Made by a program: the position numbers and the translations under genes. From positions 32,001-96,000 of the forward strand of contig OY782041.1 of the NCBI GenBank assembly GCA_963677595.1: a stretch of DNA of 64,000 nt, in the 5' to 3' direction. Of this stretch, positions 10,488 to 20,233 are shown piece after piece. The notes under the pieces were generated by a model, which searched no databases, was not told the origin of the DNA, and worked only from the letters and a program-made list of their open reading frames with translations. How positions within the stretch are numbered: the first letter of the stretch is position 1; every line of letters begins with the position of its first letter. This stretch comes from Spirochaetia bacterium. Lineage in GTDB: Bacteria; Spirochaetota; Spirochaetia; CAKZLE01.

Positions 10488-10813
10488 ATCTCCTCTTTGG
10501 TACCAGTACTGATGGTGTATACCTCATCGACCGGTGAGACGAAGATCTTCCCGTCACCGAACAGACCGGCACTCCCGGTCCTCGCGCTCTTCAGGATGAG
10601 CTTCACGACCACATCCTTCTCCTTCACCGGGACCACGGTCAGCAGCAGTTCCTTCGGGATCTCGTCATAGGTCACAGCCCCGACCTTGAGTCCTCGCTGT
10701 TTTCCCCGCCCGACCACGGAGATCTTCGTCACTGCGGGATACCCGGCATCCAGGAGCTTCTTGAGCACCATGTCAGATTTCTCGGGCCTGATTATTGAAC
10801 GAATTAATACCAT
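10484..10813 (-). CDS. nifI1: PII-family nitrogenase regulator NifI1
   Basis: IRSIIRPEK, GRGKQRG, YDEIPK, GDGKIFV; start at MVLIRS. Confidence 0.9.
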   Translation of the reverse strand: MVLIRSIIRPEKSDMVLKKLLDAGYPAVTKISVVGRGKQRGLKVGAVTYDEIPKELLLTVVPVKEKDVVVKLILKSARTGSAGLFGDGKIFVSPVDEVYTISTGTKEEM

Positions 10814-10853
10814 ATTCTCTCTCTCCTTATGTATCGTGTTCGTAAGTCTCAGA

Positions 10854-11732
<879 letters not shown>

Positions 11733-11772
11733 TCAGGGCCTGGGGAGCTGTTTACAGGGGTGCGGGGGGCGA

Positions 11773-11826
11773 CGTTTTACCAAAAGGTAACAGGATCTAG
11801 GCCCGTTTTACATTTGTGTAACAGGA
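11773..11826. promoter_or_regulatory. Tandem enhancer sites CGTTTTAC-N6-GTAACAGGA (TAC-N6-GTA core), 31 bp apart
   Basis: cgttttac-caaaag-gtaacagga (11773-11795) and cgttttac-atttgt-gtaacagga (11804-11826), upstream of the sigma54 promoter. Confidence 0.8.
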
Positions 11827-11965
11827 CAGCATACCGTCAAAGGCGTGGTTTGGGATGCCGGGTCAGGAGGAGGAAGGAAGGTCGTGCCGGTGCACACGAA
11901 GGCAGTCGGACCTACGTTCCCTTAGGTCCGACTGATTGCTGCAGAAAAGAGGCAATATCCTGTGA

Positions 11966-13525
11966 TCAGTGGCTGTAGCGTGCTACCTGGATCTGGTACT
12001 TCTGGATGCGCAGCCCGAGCTGCCGGTTAGTGATCCCGAGGTTCCTGGCGGCTTTCGAGATGTTCCCGTTCGTCCGCTTCAGCTCCTCGACGATCATCTC
12101 GTACTCGATGGAGTCGAGACGGAAGGTGAGCGTCCCCTTCTCCCCGGTCTCAGGCCGGTGGGAGGATTTCTGCAGGGAAGGCGGCATATGGAAGCCGTGG
12201 ATGGTATCATCATCGGAGAGGATCACTCCCCGCTCGATGCAGTTCTCCAGCTCCCGTACGTTCCCGGGCCAGTGGTAGGACATGAGCATATCGATGGCCG
12301 GGGTCGAGATCCTGGAGATCTGCTTCCCGGCGAACTTACTGTGCTTCTCGATGAAGAAATCGGACAGCGGGATGATATCGGTCTTCCGTTCGCGGAGGGG
12401 CGGCACATAGATGGGGAAGACGTTCAGCCGGTAGAAGAGGTCCTCCCGGAAGGTCCCCTCGGCGGCGAGCGCCTCGAGGTCACGGTTCGTCGCCGCGATC
12501 ACCCGTACATCCGCCTTGCGGACCTCGGTATCACCGATGCGCTGGTACTCTTTCTCCTGGAGGACCCGTAGCAGCTTCACCTGGGCGTTGAGGGTCATCT
12601 CACCGATCTCGTCAAGGAAGATCGTCCCACCGTTCGCCTGCTCGAACTTCCCGATGTGGGTCTGGAGCGCCCCGGTGAAGGAGCCCCGGTTATGCCCGAA
12701 GAGCTCGGACTCGATCAGGTGCTCGGGCAGGACGGCGCAGTTGAACTTGATGAAGGGCTTGTCTGCCCTCCTGCTGTGGTAATGGATCGCCTCGGCGACG
12801 AGCTCCTTCCCGGTCCCGCTCTCTCCCTGGATGAGCACGGTGGTATTGTTCGGCCCTATCCGGTTGATCTGCCTGAAGAGGTTCTGCATGACGCTCGAGG
12901 TCCCGATCATGTTCACCTGCCGGATGGAACCTTTCAGTTCCTGCTGCAGCCGTTCATTCTCCTTGTAGAGCGACAGGTTCTCCTCATGGATCGCCTGGTG
13001 GAGCCTGACGCTCCGTGAGACCATGGCGGCGATGATGGTGAGCAGCTTCTGGTCATCCTCGAGCTGGACATCATCCTCGAAGAGCCGGTCGGCACTCAGC
13101 GTCCCTATCGCCTGCCCGCCCATGGCGCCCATGATCGGTACGCAGATGAACGATATCTGGGTATCGGCCAGTCCAGCCCGGGAACCGGTCTTGTCGAGAA
13201 AATCGGGTTCACTGGTGGTCATCGGGATGATCATCGGCTGTGCAGTCTCCGCTACCTTGCCGATGATGCCCTCCCCGAGACTGTATATACCGCGTGAAGC
13301 CTCCTCCTCGGTCAGGCCGATCGAGGCCTCGAGGGAGATCGCACCGGTCTTCCGGTTGAGGATCGTGATCATGCCCCGATGGATCCCCAGGTACTTCGCC
13401 ATGATCTCGAGGATCGGCCTGAAGACGTTCTGGACATCATGTTCATACCGGAGAATCACGCTGATATCATTGAGAAGCGAGATCACCCGCTTCAGGTACT
13501 TCGGTTCCTGCAGGTTCGGGTTCAT
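11966..13525 (-). CDS. GAF-AAA-HTH sigma54 activator of nif genes (NifA family, AnfA-like)
   Basis: GAF (RGIYSLGEGIIGKV), GESGTGKE, GSFTGA loop, FLDEIGE, WPGNVRELEN, C-terminal HTH. Confidence 0.9.
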   Translation of the reverse strand: MNPNLQEPKYLKRVISLLNDISVILRYEHDVQNVFRPILEIMAKYLGIHRGMITILNRKTGAISLEASIGLTEEEASRGIYSLGEGIIGKVAETAQPMIIPMTTSEPDFLDKTGSRAGLADTQISFICVPIMGAMGGQAIGTLSADRLFEDDVQLEDDQKLLTIIAAMVSRSVRLHQAIHEENLSLYKENERLQQELKGSIRQVNMIGTSSVMQNLFRQINRIGPNNTTVLIQGESGTGKELVAEAIHYHSRRADKPFIKFNCAVLPEHLIESELFGHNRGSFTGALQTHIGKFEQANGGTIFLDEIGEMTLNAQVKLLRVLQEKEYQRIGDTEVRKADVRVIAATNRDLEALAAEGTFREDLFYRLNVFPIYVPPLRERKTDIIPLSDFFIEKHSKFAGKQISRISTPAIDMLMSYHWPGNVRELENCIERGVILSDDDTIHGFHMPPSLQKSSHRPETGEKGTLTFRLDSIEYEMIVEELKRTNGNISKAARNLGITNRQLGLRIQKYQIQVARYSH

Positions 13526-13527
13526 CT

Positions 13528-14478
13528 TTAGGAGCTCCTCCCCACCTGGTACGGCAGCAGCGGCTGGTAGGCCAACGGGTCGGAGCGGAGCCCGTGCAGG
13601 TGTATACCCGAGGTATGGGTGAAGACTGCTCCCCCGACGAACGGCTTGTCCTCGGGTGTCACCCTACCCGAGACCTGTTCTGCGAAGGTGCTCAACGCAT
13701 ACAGCATCGAGGGGTCCACGTGGGTGTGGTACCCGGCTTTCCGGTCTATGTTCATGACGACCTCGGCCAGGGGGGCATTCCCTGCCCGCTCCCCGATCCC
13801 GTTCACCGTCACATCGATGGTATCGGCGCCGGCATCGATTGCGGCGAGACAGTTCGCCGTCACCAGCCCGTAGTCATTATGGCCGTGGAACTCCACCGGC
13901 ACCCCAGACCTTCCGGTGAAGAGCCTCACGGTCCTCGACACCTCCTCAGGCATGGCTGTTCCCACGGTATCTGAGATCCGGATCCGGTCGATCGGCAGCT
14001 CATCGAGCAGCCGGTTGACCTCCCCTATATGGCGTTCATCTGCCCGGAAGGCATCCTGCAGCCCCAGGCTCATGAAACTGAACCGGGACCGGTAGCGGCC
14101 TACTAAGTCCATCGTCTTCTCCAGCACATCCTCCCAGGTATGGGAGGTTGCCTTGAGGTGGTAGCCTGAGAACGGCAGGCAGATATGGACGCTCCTCGCC
14201 CCGCAGCCGTAAGCTGCCTCGATATCGAAACTCTTGAGCCGGCACCAGGCGATCACCCGTTTCTGGGGGAACGATTCGGTAAGGAGCCGTATGATGTTCT
14301 GGTCCAGGAGTCCTGAAGCCGGGATGCCGGCTTCGATCTCATCGATCCCGGCGGCGAAGAGCCTGCCGGCCAGGACGAGCCGGTTCTTCATCCCCATCGA
14401 TACTCCCGGGGCCTGGTTCCCGTCACGCAGTGTGGTGTCTAACAGCCTGATGGTGCGGCTTTCACGATATTCCATCAC
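13528..14478 (-). CDS. nifV: Homocitrate synthase (short form)
   Basis: LDTTLRDGNQ, HGHNDYG, GIGERAGNA, HTSGIH DRE-TIM motifs inside the nif cluster. Confidence 0.85.
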   Translation of the reverse strand: MMEYRESRTIRLLDTTLRDGNQAPGVSMGMKNRLVLAGRLFAAGIDEIEAGIPASGLLDQNIIRLLTESFPQKRVIAWCRLKSFDIEAAYGCGARSVHICLPFSGYHLKATSHTWEDVLEKTMDLVGRYRSRFSFMSLGLQDAFRADERHIGEVNRLLDELPIDRIRISDTVGTAMPEEVSRTVRLFTGRSGVPVEFHGHNDYGLVTANCLAAIDAGADTIDVTVNGIGERAGNAPLAEVVMNIDRKAGYHTHVDPSMLYALSTFAEQVSGRVTPEDKPFVGGAVFTHTSGIHLHGLRSDPLAYQPLLPYQVGRSS

Positions 14479-14513
14479 CTCTCCTTACTCTATCGTGGTA
14501 TTATTCTATCTAT

Positions 14514-14529
14514 AGCAAGAATTGTGCCA
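14514..14529 (-). promoter_or_regulatory. sigma54 -24/-12 promoter of the nifV-activator operon
   Basis: Minus strand reads TGGCACAATTCTTGCT = TGGCAC-N5-TTGC. Confidence 0.9.
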
Positions 14530-14610
14530 TACTGTCCGTCTCCAGGTAACCGCTTATACACAGTAGGGTTACGTGACCGTTACGTAATTTTGAATCTTAC
14601 ATCTTGCAAT

Positions 14611-14663
14611 TATCCTACGAATATGTAGGATATATACTATCAAAACTGCTACATACAGGTAAC
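14611..14663. promoter_or_regulatory. TAC-N6-GTA enhancer sites upstream of nifV
   Basis: Perfect-arm palindrome tatcctac-gaatat-gtaggata (14611-14632) and ctac-atacag-gtaac (14649-14663). Confidence 0.72.
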
Positions 14664-14682
14664 TTCCACAAAGAGGTATGCT

Positions 14683-15132
14683 ATGGACATCGAGATAGGG
14701 ATCGCCGGAAACGAGGATATCGTCGGGATGACGGGACTGCTTGAACAGCTCTTCTCCCTGGAGCCGCAGTTCCAGCCCGATGGGGAGGTACAGTCACGGG
14801 GACTCAGGGCCATCGTGGACGATCCGGGCATCGGGGAGATCCTGGTAGCTCGAGCCGGCGGGATCCCGGTCGGGATGGCCTGCCTGCTCTATACGGTGAG
14901 CACTGCACGGGGCGGGAAGGTCGCGCTGCTCGAGGATGTCATCGTCAGCAGGGAGTACCGCAGCCGCGGCATCGGGAAGAGACTGCTCGAAGGCGCGATC
15001 GAGCATGCACGCACTACAGGCTGCCTGCGGATCTCCCTGCTGACCGATGAGCACAATACCGATGCCCAGAGGCTCTATGCCAGACTGGGATTCTCCACCT
15101 ACGGGATGACCCCGATGAGGCTCCATCTCTGA
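14683..15132 (+). CDS. GNAT N-acetyltransferase, divergent from nifV
   Basis: LEDVIV..YRSRGIGKRLL acetyl-CoA motif, NTDAQRLYARLGF; AGAGG SD. Confidence 0.88.
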   Translation: MDIEIGIAGNEDIVGMTGLLEQLFSLEPQFQPDGEVQSRGLRAIVDDPGIGEILVARAGGIPVGMACLLYTVSTARGGKVALLEDVIVSREYRSRGIGKRLLEGAIEHARTTGCLRISLLTDEHNTDAQRLYARLGFSTYGMTPMRLHL

Positions 15133-15455
15133 ACACCACGTACCGTGCAAACCACCCCCTCTTCCACCTGCCGCCCCATCGGCGATTAAGGACATGAGGA
15201 ATCATTCATGCAAACCTAACCATTAAGTTAAGGTATATTGCTCGGTATCCGACTATGCAGTAAGCTCTGCCAATAGGGATTAACCATGTATTCTGTGGAT
15301 GGTTCTTTTTCTGCCGGAGCCAGTGTAATCAGGTCTCAGGGGAAGAAAGGTCCATCCATCATAACAAAAAGTATAACAAAAAAGTGTACATACTTGTCCC
15401 AGCATGCTGTGACAGAGAGCTGAACCCATACTTGTTAGGGAATGGATTGGAGTAG

Positions 15456-15725
15456 ATGATGTTGAAACCACTTGAACTGATGAGGAAGTTCACTTCGCGT
15501 GGGCCGGTGGAGCGAAGAGAATACCGGCATCATATCTTTGCGAGCGAACTGCACGAAGATCATGACTTGTCACGGTACCTGAAGAGGGACCACGCTATAC
15601 GATACTACTGTCCGAAATGCCGGAAGCTCTACCACCAGGGGGATGTGAACCACATCCCCGGCGGAGCAGCCTGCCCGGACTGTGAGGATATAACCTATCT
15701 CAAGATGATCGTGTTCGATGATTAG
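15456..15725 (+). CDS. Small Zn-ribbon protein, unknown function
   Basis: CPKC...CPDC pair; GGAG SD upstream. Confidence 0.6.
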   Translation: MMLKPLELMRKFTSRGPVERREYRHHIFASELHEDHDLSRYLKRDHAIRYYCPKCRKLYHQGDVNHIPGGAACPDCEDITYLKMIVFDD

Positions 15726-15745
15726 GGATGGAGGCGAAGTCACCT

Positions 15746-16420
15746 TCACTCTTCGTCTATGATGCTCAGCGTATATCCCTTTCCGTAGACCGACTCTATC
15801 AGTACCGTCTGGCTGTCGACTTCCCTGATCTTCTTCCTCAGCCTGGAGATCTGCATATAGGTCGAATCAGGTTCTCCCTTTGACGGGACCGCTGCCGGTT
15901 CTTCCGAGTAGGTTTCGTGCTCCAGATAGGCGAGATAGAGCTTCCGCAGCAGCCTGGTCTGTGAAGGCTGCAGATAAGCCCTCTTCTCCCCCCGGTGCAG
16001 GAGATGCTCCTCGGTCTGGAGGGTCATGTCCCCGATCTGGATAACCTGCATATGTGACAGGAGCTGCCTGCTGACCGCACGCAGTTTATAGATCAGTTCG
16101 AACATATCGAAGGGTTTTGTTATGTAGTCGTCAGCCCCGGAACTGTAGGAGGCCTTCTTGCTTGCGGCATCATTGAGGGCAGTGAGCATCAGGATCCTGC
16201 AGTGCTCGTACTCCCTGAAGAACGGGACCAGCTCATACCCGCTGCCCCCGGGGAGCATGATGTCAAGGAGGACGATATGCGGCGGGTGAACGGCAGCCGC
16301 CTCCCTGGCCTCTCTGGCATTCACGGCGCTGATGGCATGGTAGCCTTCATGATGCAGCGTCTTTCTGATACTCTCATTGAGTGCCCTGTTATCCTCAACG
16401 ATAAGAATAGTCAGCTTGAT
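15746..16420 (-). CDS. OmpR-family response regulator (probable ATC or CTG start)
   Basis: ILIVED, LLDIMLPG, MLTA, GADDYITKPF, ESVYGKGY. The N-terminal receiver strand lies upstream of the GTG used in the ORF track. Confidence 0.85.
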   Translation of the reverse strand: MKLTILIVEDNRALNESIRKTLHHEGYHAISAVNAREAREAAAVHPPHIVLLDIMLPGGSGYELVPFFREYEHCRILMLTALNDAASKKASYSSGADDYITKPFDMFELIYKLRAVSRQLLSHMQVIQIGDMTLQTEEHLLHRGEKRAYLQPSQTRLLRKLYLAYLEHETYSEEPAAVPSKGEPDSTYMQISRLRKKIREVDSQTVLIESVYGKGYTLSIIDEE

Positions 16421-16532
16421 AGTGTCCTCCCCGACATACGAATATGCTTAGGGCCAATCATACACTATCTCATGCGGTCTGTCCAACAGTCCCTATGCGG
16501 TCAGCAGGCTCCCAACCGGGCAGCCGAGGGCC

Positions 16533-17201
16533 CTACAACCGGTTCTTGTACTCGTAGTAATCCTTCGCTGACACCAGCCCCTGCTGTGTTGCCTTCAGCA
16601 GGGCATTCCCGATCGCGGCACTGGTGCCTGCGACCGTACCGAGGTTCTCCTCATCCGAGGCAGTCTCCCAGAACTTCTCGAGCTCGCCAGCGACGAGATC
16701 GCCTGCCTCAGCCCCGTACCGGTCATAGATCTCCATCAGGTGGTCTCCTGCGTCATTCCCCAGCCAGTAATAGCATTCTACGGCATAGCGCCTTGCCTCG
16801 GAACCGTAGGTTCTGGAGAAGTACTCGATCTTCGTCACCACAGCAGGACCGTATTTCTCGGTAAGGTACCCCAGCTGCCTGCCGATCTTCTCACCGTAGG
16901 TATTGAAGGTATCGGCAATGAACTCGGAGACCTGTTCACCGTAGGTGTCCTGGATATCGGACAACAGGTCCGAGACTCCCCTCCCGAACCTGGAGGCGGC
17001 CTTCTTAGCGTTCTCCAGTGCTCCCGGGGCAGCCTCGGCAGCCTGCTCGACCAGGTCCGAGGCGGCATCGACCGTGTTGTCGATAGCCTCAGTCGTCGAA
17101 TCGAAGGCCTCCTTGAAACTGTCAGCGAACTTACCGAAGTTGAACGCATATGCCGATGCACAGAGAAACAGGATGAGTACCGCAGACATGACTCGTTTCA
17201 T
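16533..17201 (-). CDS. Secreted helical protein with 15-residue (Y/F/L)G repeats
   Basis: Signal peptide MKRVMSAVLILFLCASAYA, GGAGG SD, Gly every 15 residues seven times. Confidence 0.75.
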   Translation of the reverse strand: MKRVMSAVLILFLCASAYAFNFGKFADSFKEAFDSTTEAIDNTVDAASDLVEQAAEAAPGALENAKKAASRFGRGVSDLLSDIQDTYGEQVSEFIADTFNTYGEKIGRQLGYLTEKYGPAVVTKIEYFSRTYGSEARRYAVECYYWLGNDAGDHLMEIYDRYGAEAGDLVAGELEKFWETASDEENLGTVAGTSAAIGNALLKATQQGLVSAKDYYEYKNRL

Positions 17202-17342
17202 ATATCCCTCCATGGATAGCTGAGCATATAGAGGTGGTATGCACTCAGCACTTACTCCTATAGTGAACTATACTCTATGTCTGCTGATATAGCAAGAAAC
17301 TGAGAAATCAGGCTTTAACCTGGTCAAGGCCCAACCTGACGT

Positions 17343-17816
17343 TCAGGCTTTGACCTTGACGACAGCTTTCCGGATACTGCTCTGTTTGCTGATCGTACAG
17401 CAGGGCTTATGGGCATCCTGGGGGAAGAGGATGCAGAACATCCCGGGGATGAGTTTCAAGGGGACTCCTCCCCAAGGAATCCCCTGGTCATCCTTGGGGT
17501 CATAGAACCCGATATCTTTCTTCCCATCATAGGCTATGGTCTCTGACAGGCCTTCGAGCGGCGTGTACCAGCAGTGTTCCTCCCCTTCGAGGGTGATCTG
17601 GATGTCGATGTAGGTCCGGTGCGCCTCGTAGGATGCCGATGAAGCATCCTTGGTATCATAGGACTGGATATGGACGATCACCTCATCACCTTCCACCGGG
17701 TAGGTGCCGACTTCCAGGGCTGTTATGTCCGCATTGGCAAGGTAGTCAATGGCATGGTCGAGCGGGGAGGATATCCCCCTGTAGGCTCCAAGATTCTTTA
17801 GGGTATCATAAATCAT
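17343..17816 (-). CDS. YhcH/YjgK/YiaL family protein
   Basis: MIYD, YEAHRTYIDIQ, FPQDAHKP, KAVVKV. Confidence 0.9.
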   Translation of the reverse strand: MIYDTLKNLGAYRGISSPLDHAIDYLANADITALEVGTYPVEGDEVIVHIQSYDTKDASSASYEAHRTYIDIQITLEGEEHCWYTPLEGLSETIAYDGKKDIGFYDPKDDQGIPWGGVPLKLIPGMFCILFPQDAHKPCCTISKQSSIRKAVVKVKA

Positions 17817-17829
17817 TCTCTGTCTCTCC

Positions 17830-17967
17830 TTATTTCATACCAGCATCAAGATACGACCGGAGGAAGCTGTTGTTCTGTGCAAGCACCTCACGCCAGTCAT
17901 CATTGTTCACATACCAGAACTCACAGACGATCATCCGAACTCCCATTAACAGTGCCTCAGACATCGC
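17830..17967 (-). pseudogene. C-terminal remnant resembling L-xylulose/L-ribulose-5-P 3-epimerase (SgbU/UlaE type)
   Basis: Translates to AMSEALLMGVRMIVCEFWYVNNDDWREVLAQNNSFLRSYLDAGMK*; its stop abuts the SD of the YhcH gene. Confidence 0.5.
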
Positions 17968-17969
17968 TA

Positions 17970-18448
17970 GAGACCTTCAACGGGACCAGTTTCTCATAGA
18001 CCTCCCGGTCTGGTCCTTCAGCCAGGCCAGCAGAGCAGCCTGCTGGGAAGGGATGAGCTTCTGGCAGAGCTTGGGATAGAGCCGCTCGGCCGTACCGTCA
18101 GCCTCCCATCCCTGGGGGTAGGTCCATGCACGGTTATCGGTGGAGATGATCCCGTTGTAGGCCGGTTTGTCATCGGTCCCCCAGGCATAGAGGCCCTTCC
18201 CATGGCCGCTCACCCCGATGCCGACCACGGATTCAGCAGGGACCCCGCTCCTGGACAGCACCTCGGCGATGCACTCGCAGTTGACCTCCCAGAGGCGTTC
18301 CATGTCGCGTTCGGTATAGCCAGGACGGGGAGCGATCAGTTCGGTATGCCTGGTGGCAATGCAGATCTCCACGCCCTTCAGACGTGTAGAGTGCCGCCTT
18401 GGTGACGGTCCCACCGTTATCGACGCCAAGCAGGTATGTTTTCATCAT
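17970..18448 (-). pseudogene. Frameshifted, truncated FGGY sugar kinase (LyxK-like)
   Basis: MMKTYLLGVDNGGTVTKA, frameshift near 18374, then PGYTERDM..GHGKGLY..GIISTDNRA; ends after about 150 codons. Confidence 0.85.
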
Positions 18449-18601
18449 AGTACACCTTCCCCCGGGTTCCAGGGCCTTGTCCTTGCAGGCATCAATGTGG
18501 ATCCTCATGGCCTTCTGGGCTGTATCATAGTCCTCATTGATGAGATAGTTCAGGATATCTGCATGTTCATGCCGTGCATAATAGATCTCCGTCACAACCA
18601 T
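18449..18601 (-). pseudogene. Remnant of GntR/FCD regulator C-terminus
   Basis: EHADILNYLINEDYDTAQKAMRIHI is the terminal FCD motif; no HTH domain present. Confidence 0.65.
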
Positions 18602-18753
18602 GGTATCGTATGTCCTTTTAATCAGCTGTTGTTACATGTATATGCAACTAGTATACATAAATGCATGAGAGATAAAAAGAGAATTTTACGAGAGAGCACA
18701 CTACAAAGTAACATCTGATCATCATCCTGCATGCATCCTGCAGTGTCCGGGAG

Positions 18754-19047
18754 GTGAGCCTCGAGGCTCTCGCCGCCCTGAACTACCAGATGGTCGGTGT
18801 GCATTATTCAGCCCATGCAGCCATGATCGCCATGCTCGATACCGGCAGGCATGTATACGAGGATAAGGACAACTGTTATGTCGCAGAACACTACCGTGAC
18901 ACCGGCTATAACTTCTTCACGAGCATGGTGCTCTTCGGCATCGCTGACGGCTACTGGGAGAACATCGAACGGAAGTACGTGAAGAAACCTGAGGATGCGA
19001 TGGCAGTCAGGCACCGGTACTTCTGCCGGCCTGATGATATCTATTGA
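18754..19047 (+). pseudogene. C-terminal gene fragment, possibly isocitrate lyase/PEP mutase family
   Basis: SLEALAALNYQMVGVHY resembles the end of the ICL/PEPM barrel; coding-like codon usage; followed by a terminator. Confidence 0.4.
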
Positions 19048-19069
19048 TTCTTGCTAACATAAAGATCAC

Positions 19070-19099
19070 GACCCGGAGCAGCGCTCCGGGTCTCTTTTT
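19070..19099 (+). terminator. Rho-independent terminator
   Basis: gacccggagc-agc-gctccgggtc followed by tcttttt. Confidence 0.8.
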
Positions 19100-19162
19100 G
19101 TCTCAGTTCCAGCATTGTTCGGTCCTGCACTTTGGAGTACAATGTTCTCGCAGGAGCCGGAC

Positions 19163-20233
19163 ATGGACGGTGTACAACGGTTCAACAGGACTATTCGGGA
19201 GCATCTCATTGACAATACCCGGTACCTCTCAGGTCGCATGGACTACATACCGACGTTCCTCAGGATCGCAAAACGACTCCGGGAGCAGGAGCAGACCAGG
19301 GAGGGATCCCTACAGGTACAGGGAGTGACGGTCCCGACGATCCTCATCATCAGCGTGACCAATGCCTGCAACCTCTCCTGTCATGGATGCTATGCCTGCC
19401 ACCAGGTAAGGGCGGCAGAGCATGAGCTCACGACCGCCGAGATCCGCAGGATCGTGGGCGAAGCCGTCTCAGCGGGGGTGGGGATCATCTTCCTTGCCGG
19501 GGGCGAGCCCCTGCTCAAGGAGGACATCCTCAGCATACCGAAAGCGTTCCGCGATACCCTCTTCGTCATGTTCACCAACGGGACCCTGCTTGATGAGACA
19601 GTCATGAACCGCATCAGGAAGCTGCGGAACCTGGTACCAGCCATCAGCCTTGAGGGGAATGACGAGACCACCAACCAGCGAAGGGGTGACGGCGTCTTCC
19701 GGGTGATCAAACAGGCTATGGCTGAACTCGATTGGAGGAAGATGCTCTTCGGGGCTTCGATCACCCTGACCAGAGAGAACTACGACGAAGTCATGGAGCA
19801 CGCATTCCTCCATGACCTAGAGAACTCCGGTTGCAGGACCCTCTTCCTCATCGAATACGTCCCCTGTGAGGGAGACCCTGAGCGCTGCCTTACGGAGGAA
19901 CAGAAAAGAGATCTTCTCGTACGGGTCGGAAGGTTCCCCAGTGACTACCGCATGCTGCCAGTCGCCCTCCCCGGGGATGAGTCGAGATACGGGGGCTGTC
20001 TCGCCGCAGGCAGGGGATTCCTCCATGTAGGGAGTGATGGTTCTCTGGAAGCCTGTCCGTTCGCCCCCTACTCCGATGTGAACCTGAAAGATGTATCGTT
20101 CATCGAAGCCCTCAGGTCAGGGCTGCTCAACCGCATACGGGAGCACCATCACCTGCTTGAGGAGGCTGAAGGGGGATGCGCCCTCTTCGAGAACCGTGAC
20201 TGGGTCGAGGGACTGCTCAAAGGCAGGGAATGA
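19163..20233 (+). CDS. Radical SAM protein with SPASM/twitch domain
   Basis: CNLSCHGCYA, GGEP, FTNG, GCLAAGRG..EACPF, GGCALF. Confidence 0.88.
   Translation: MDGVQRFNRTIREHLIDNTRYLSGRMDYIPTFLRIAKRLREQEQTREGSLQVQGVTVPTILIISVTNACNLSCHGCYACHQVRAAEHELTTAEIRRIVGEAVSAGVGIIFLAGGEPLLKEDILSIPKAFRDTLFVMFTNGTLLDETVMNRIRKLRNLVPAISLEGNDETTNQRRGDGVFRVIKQAMAELDWRKMLFGASITLTRENYDEVMEHAFLHDLENSGCRTLFLIEYVPCEGDPERCLTEEQKRDLLVRVGRFPSDYRMLPVALPGDESRYGGCLAAGRGFLHVGSDGSLEACPFAPYSDVNLKDVSFIEALRSGLLNRIREHHHLLEEAEGGCALFENRDWVEGLLKGRE

Noticed and set aside
19163-20233. Radical SAM/SPASM protein as a RiPP maturase
   Set aside because: No credible precursor peptide, transporter or protease nearby; the upstream ORF looks like a gene remnant with a terminator.
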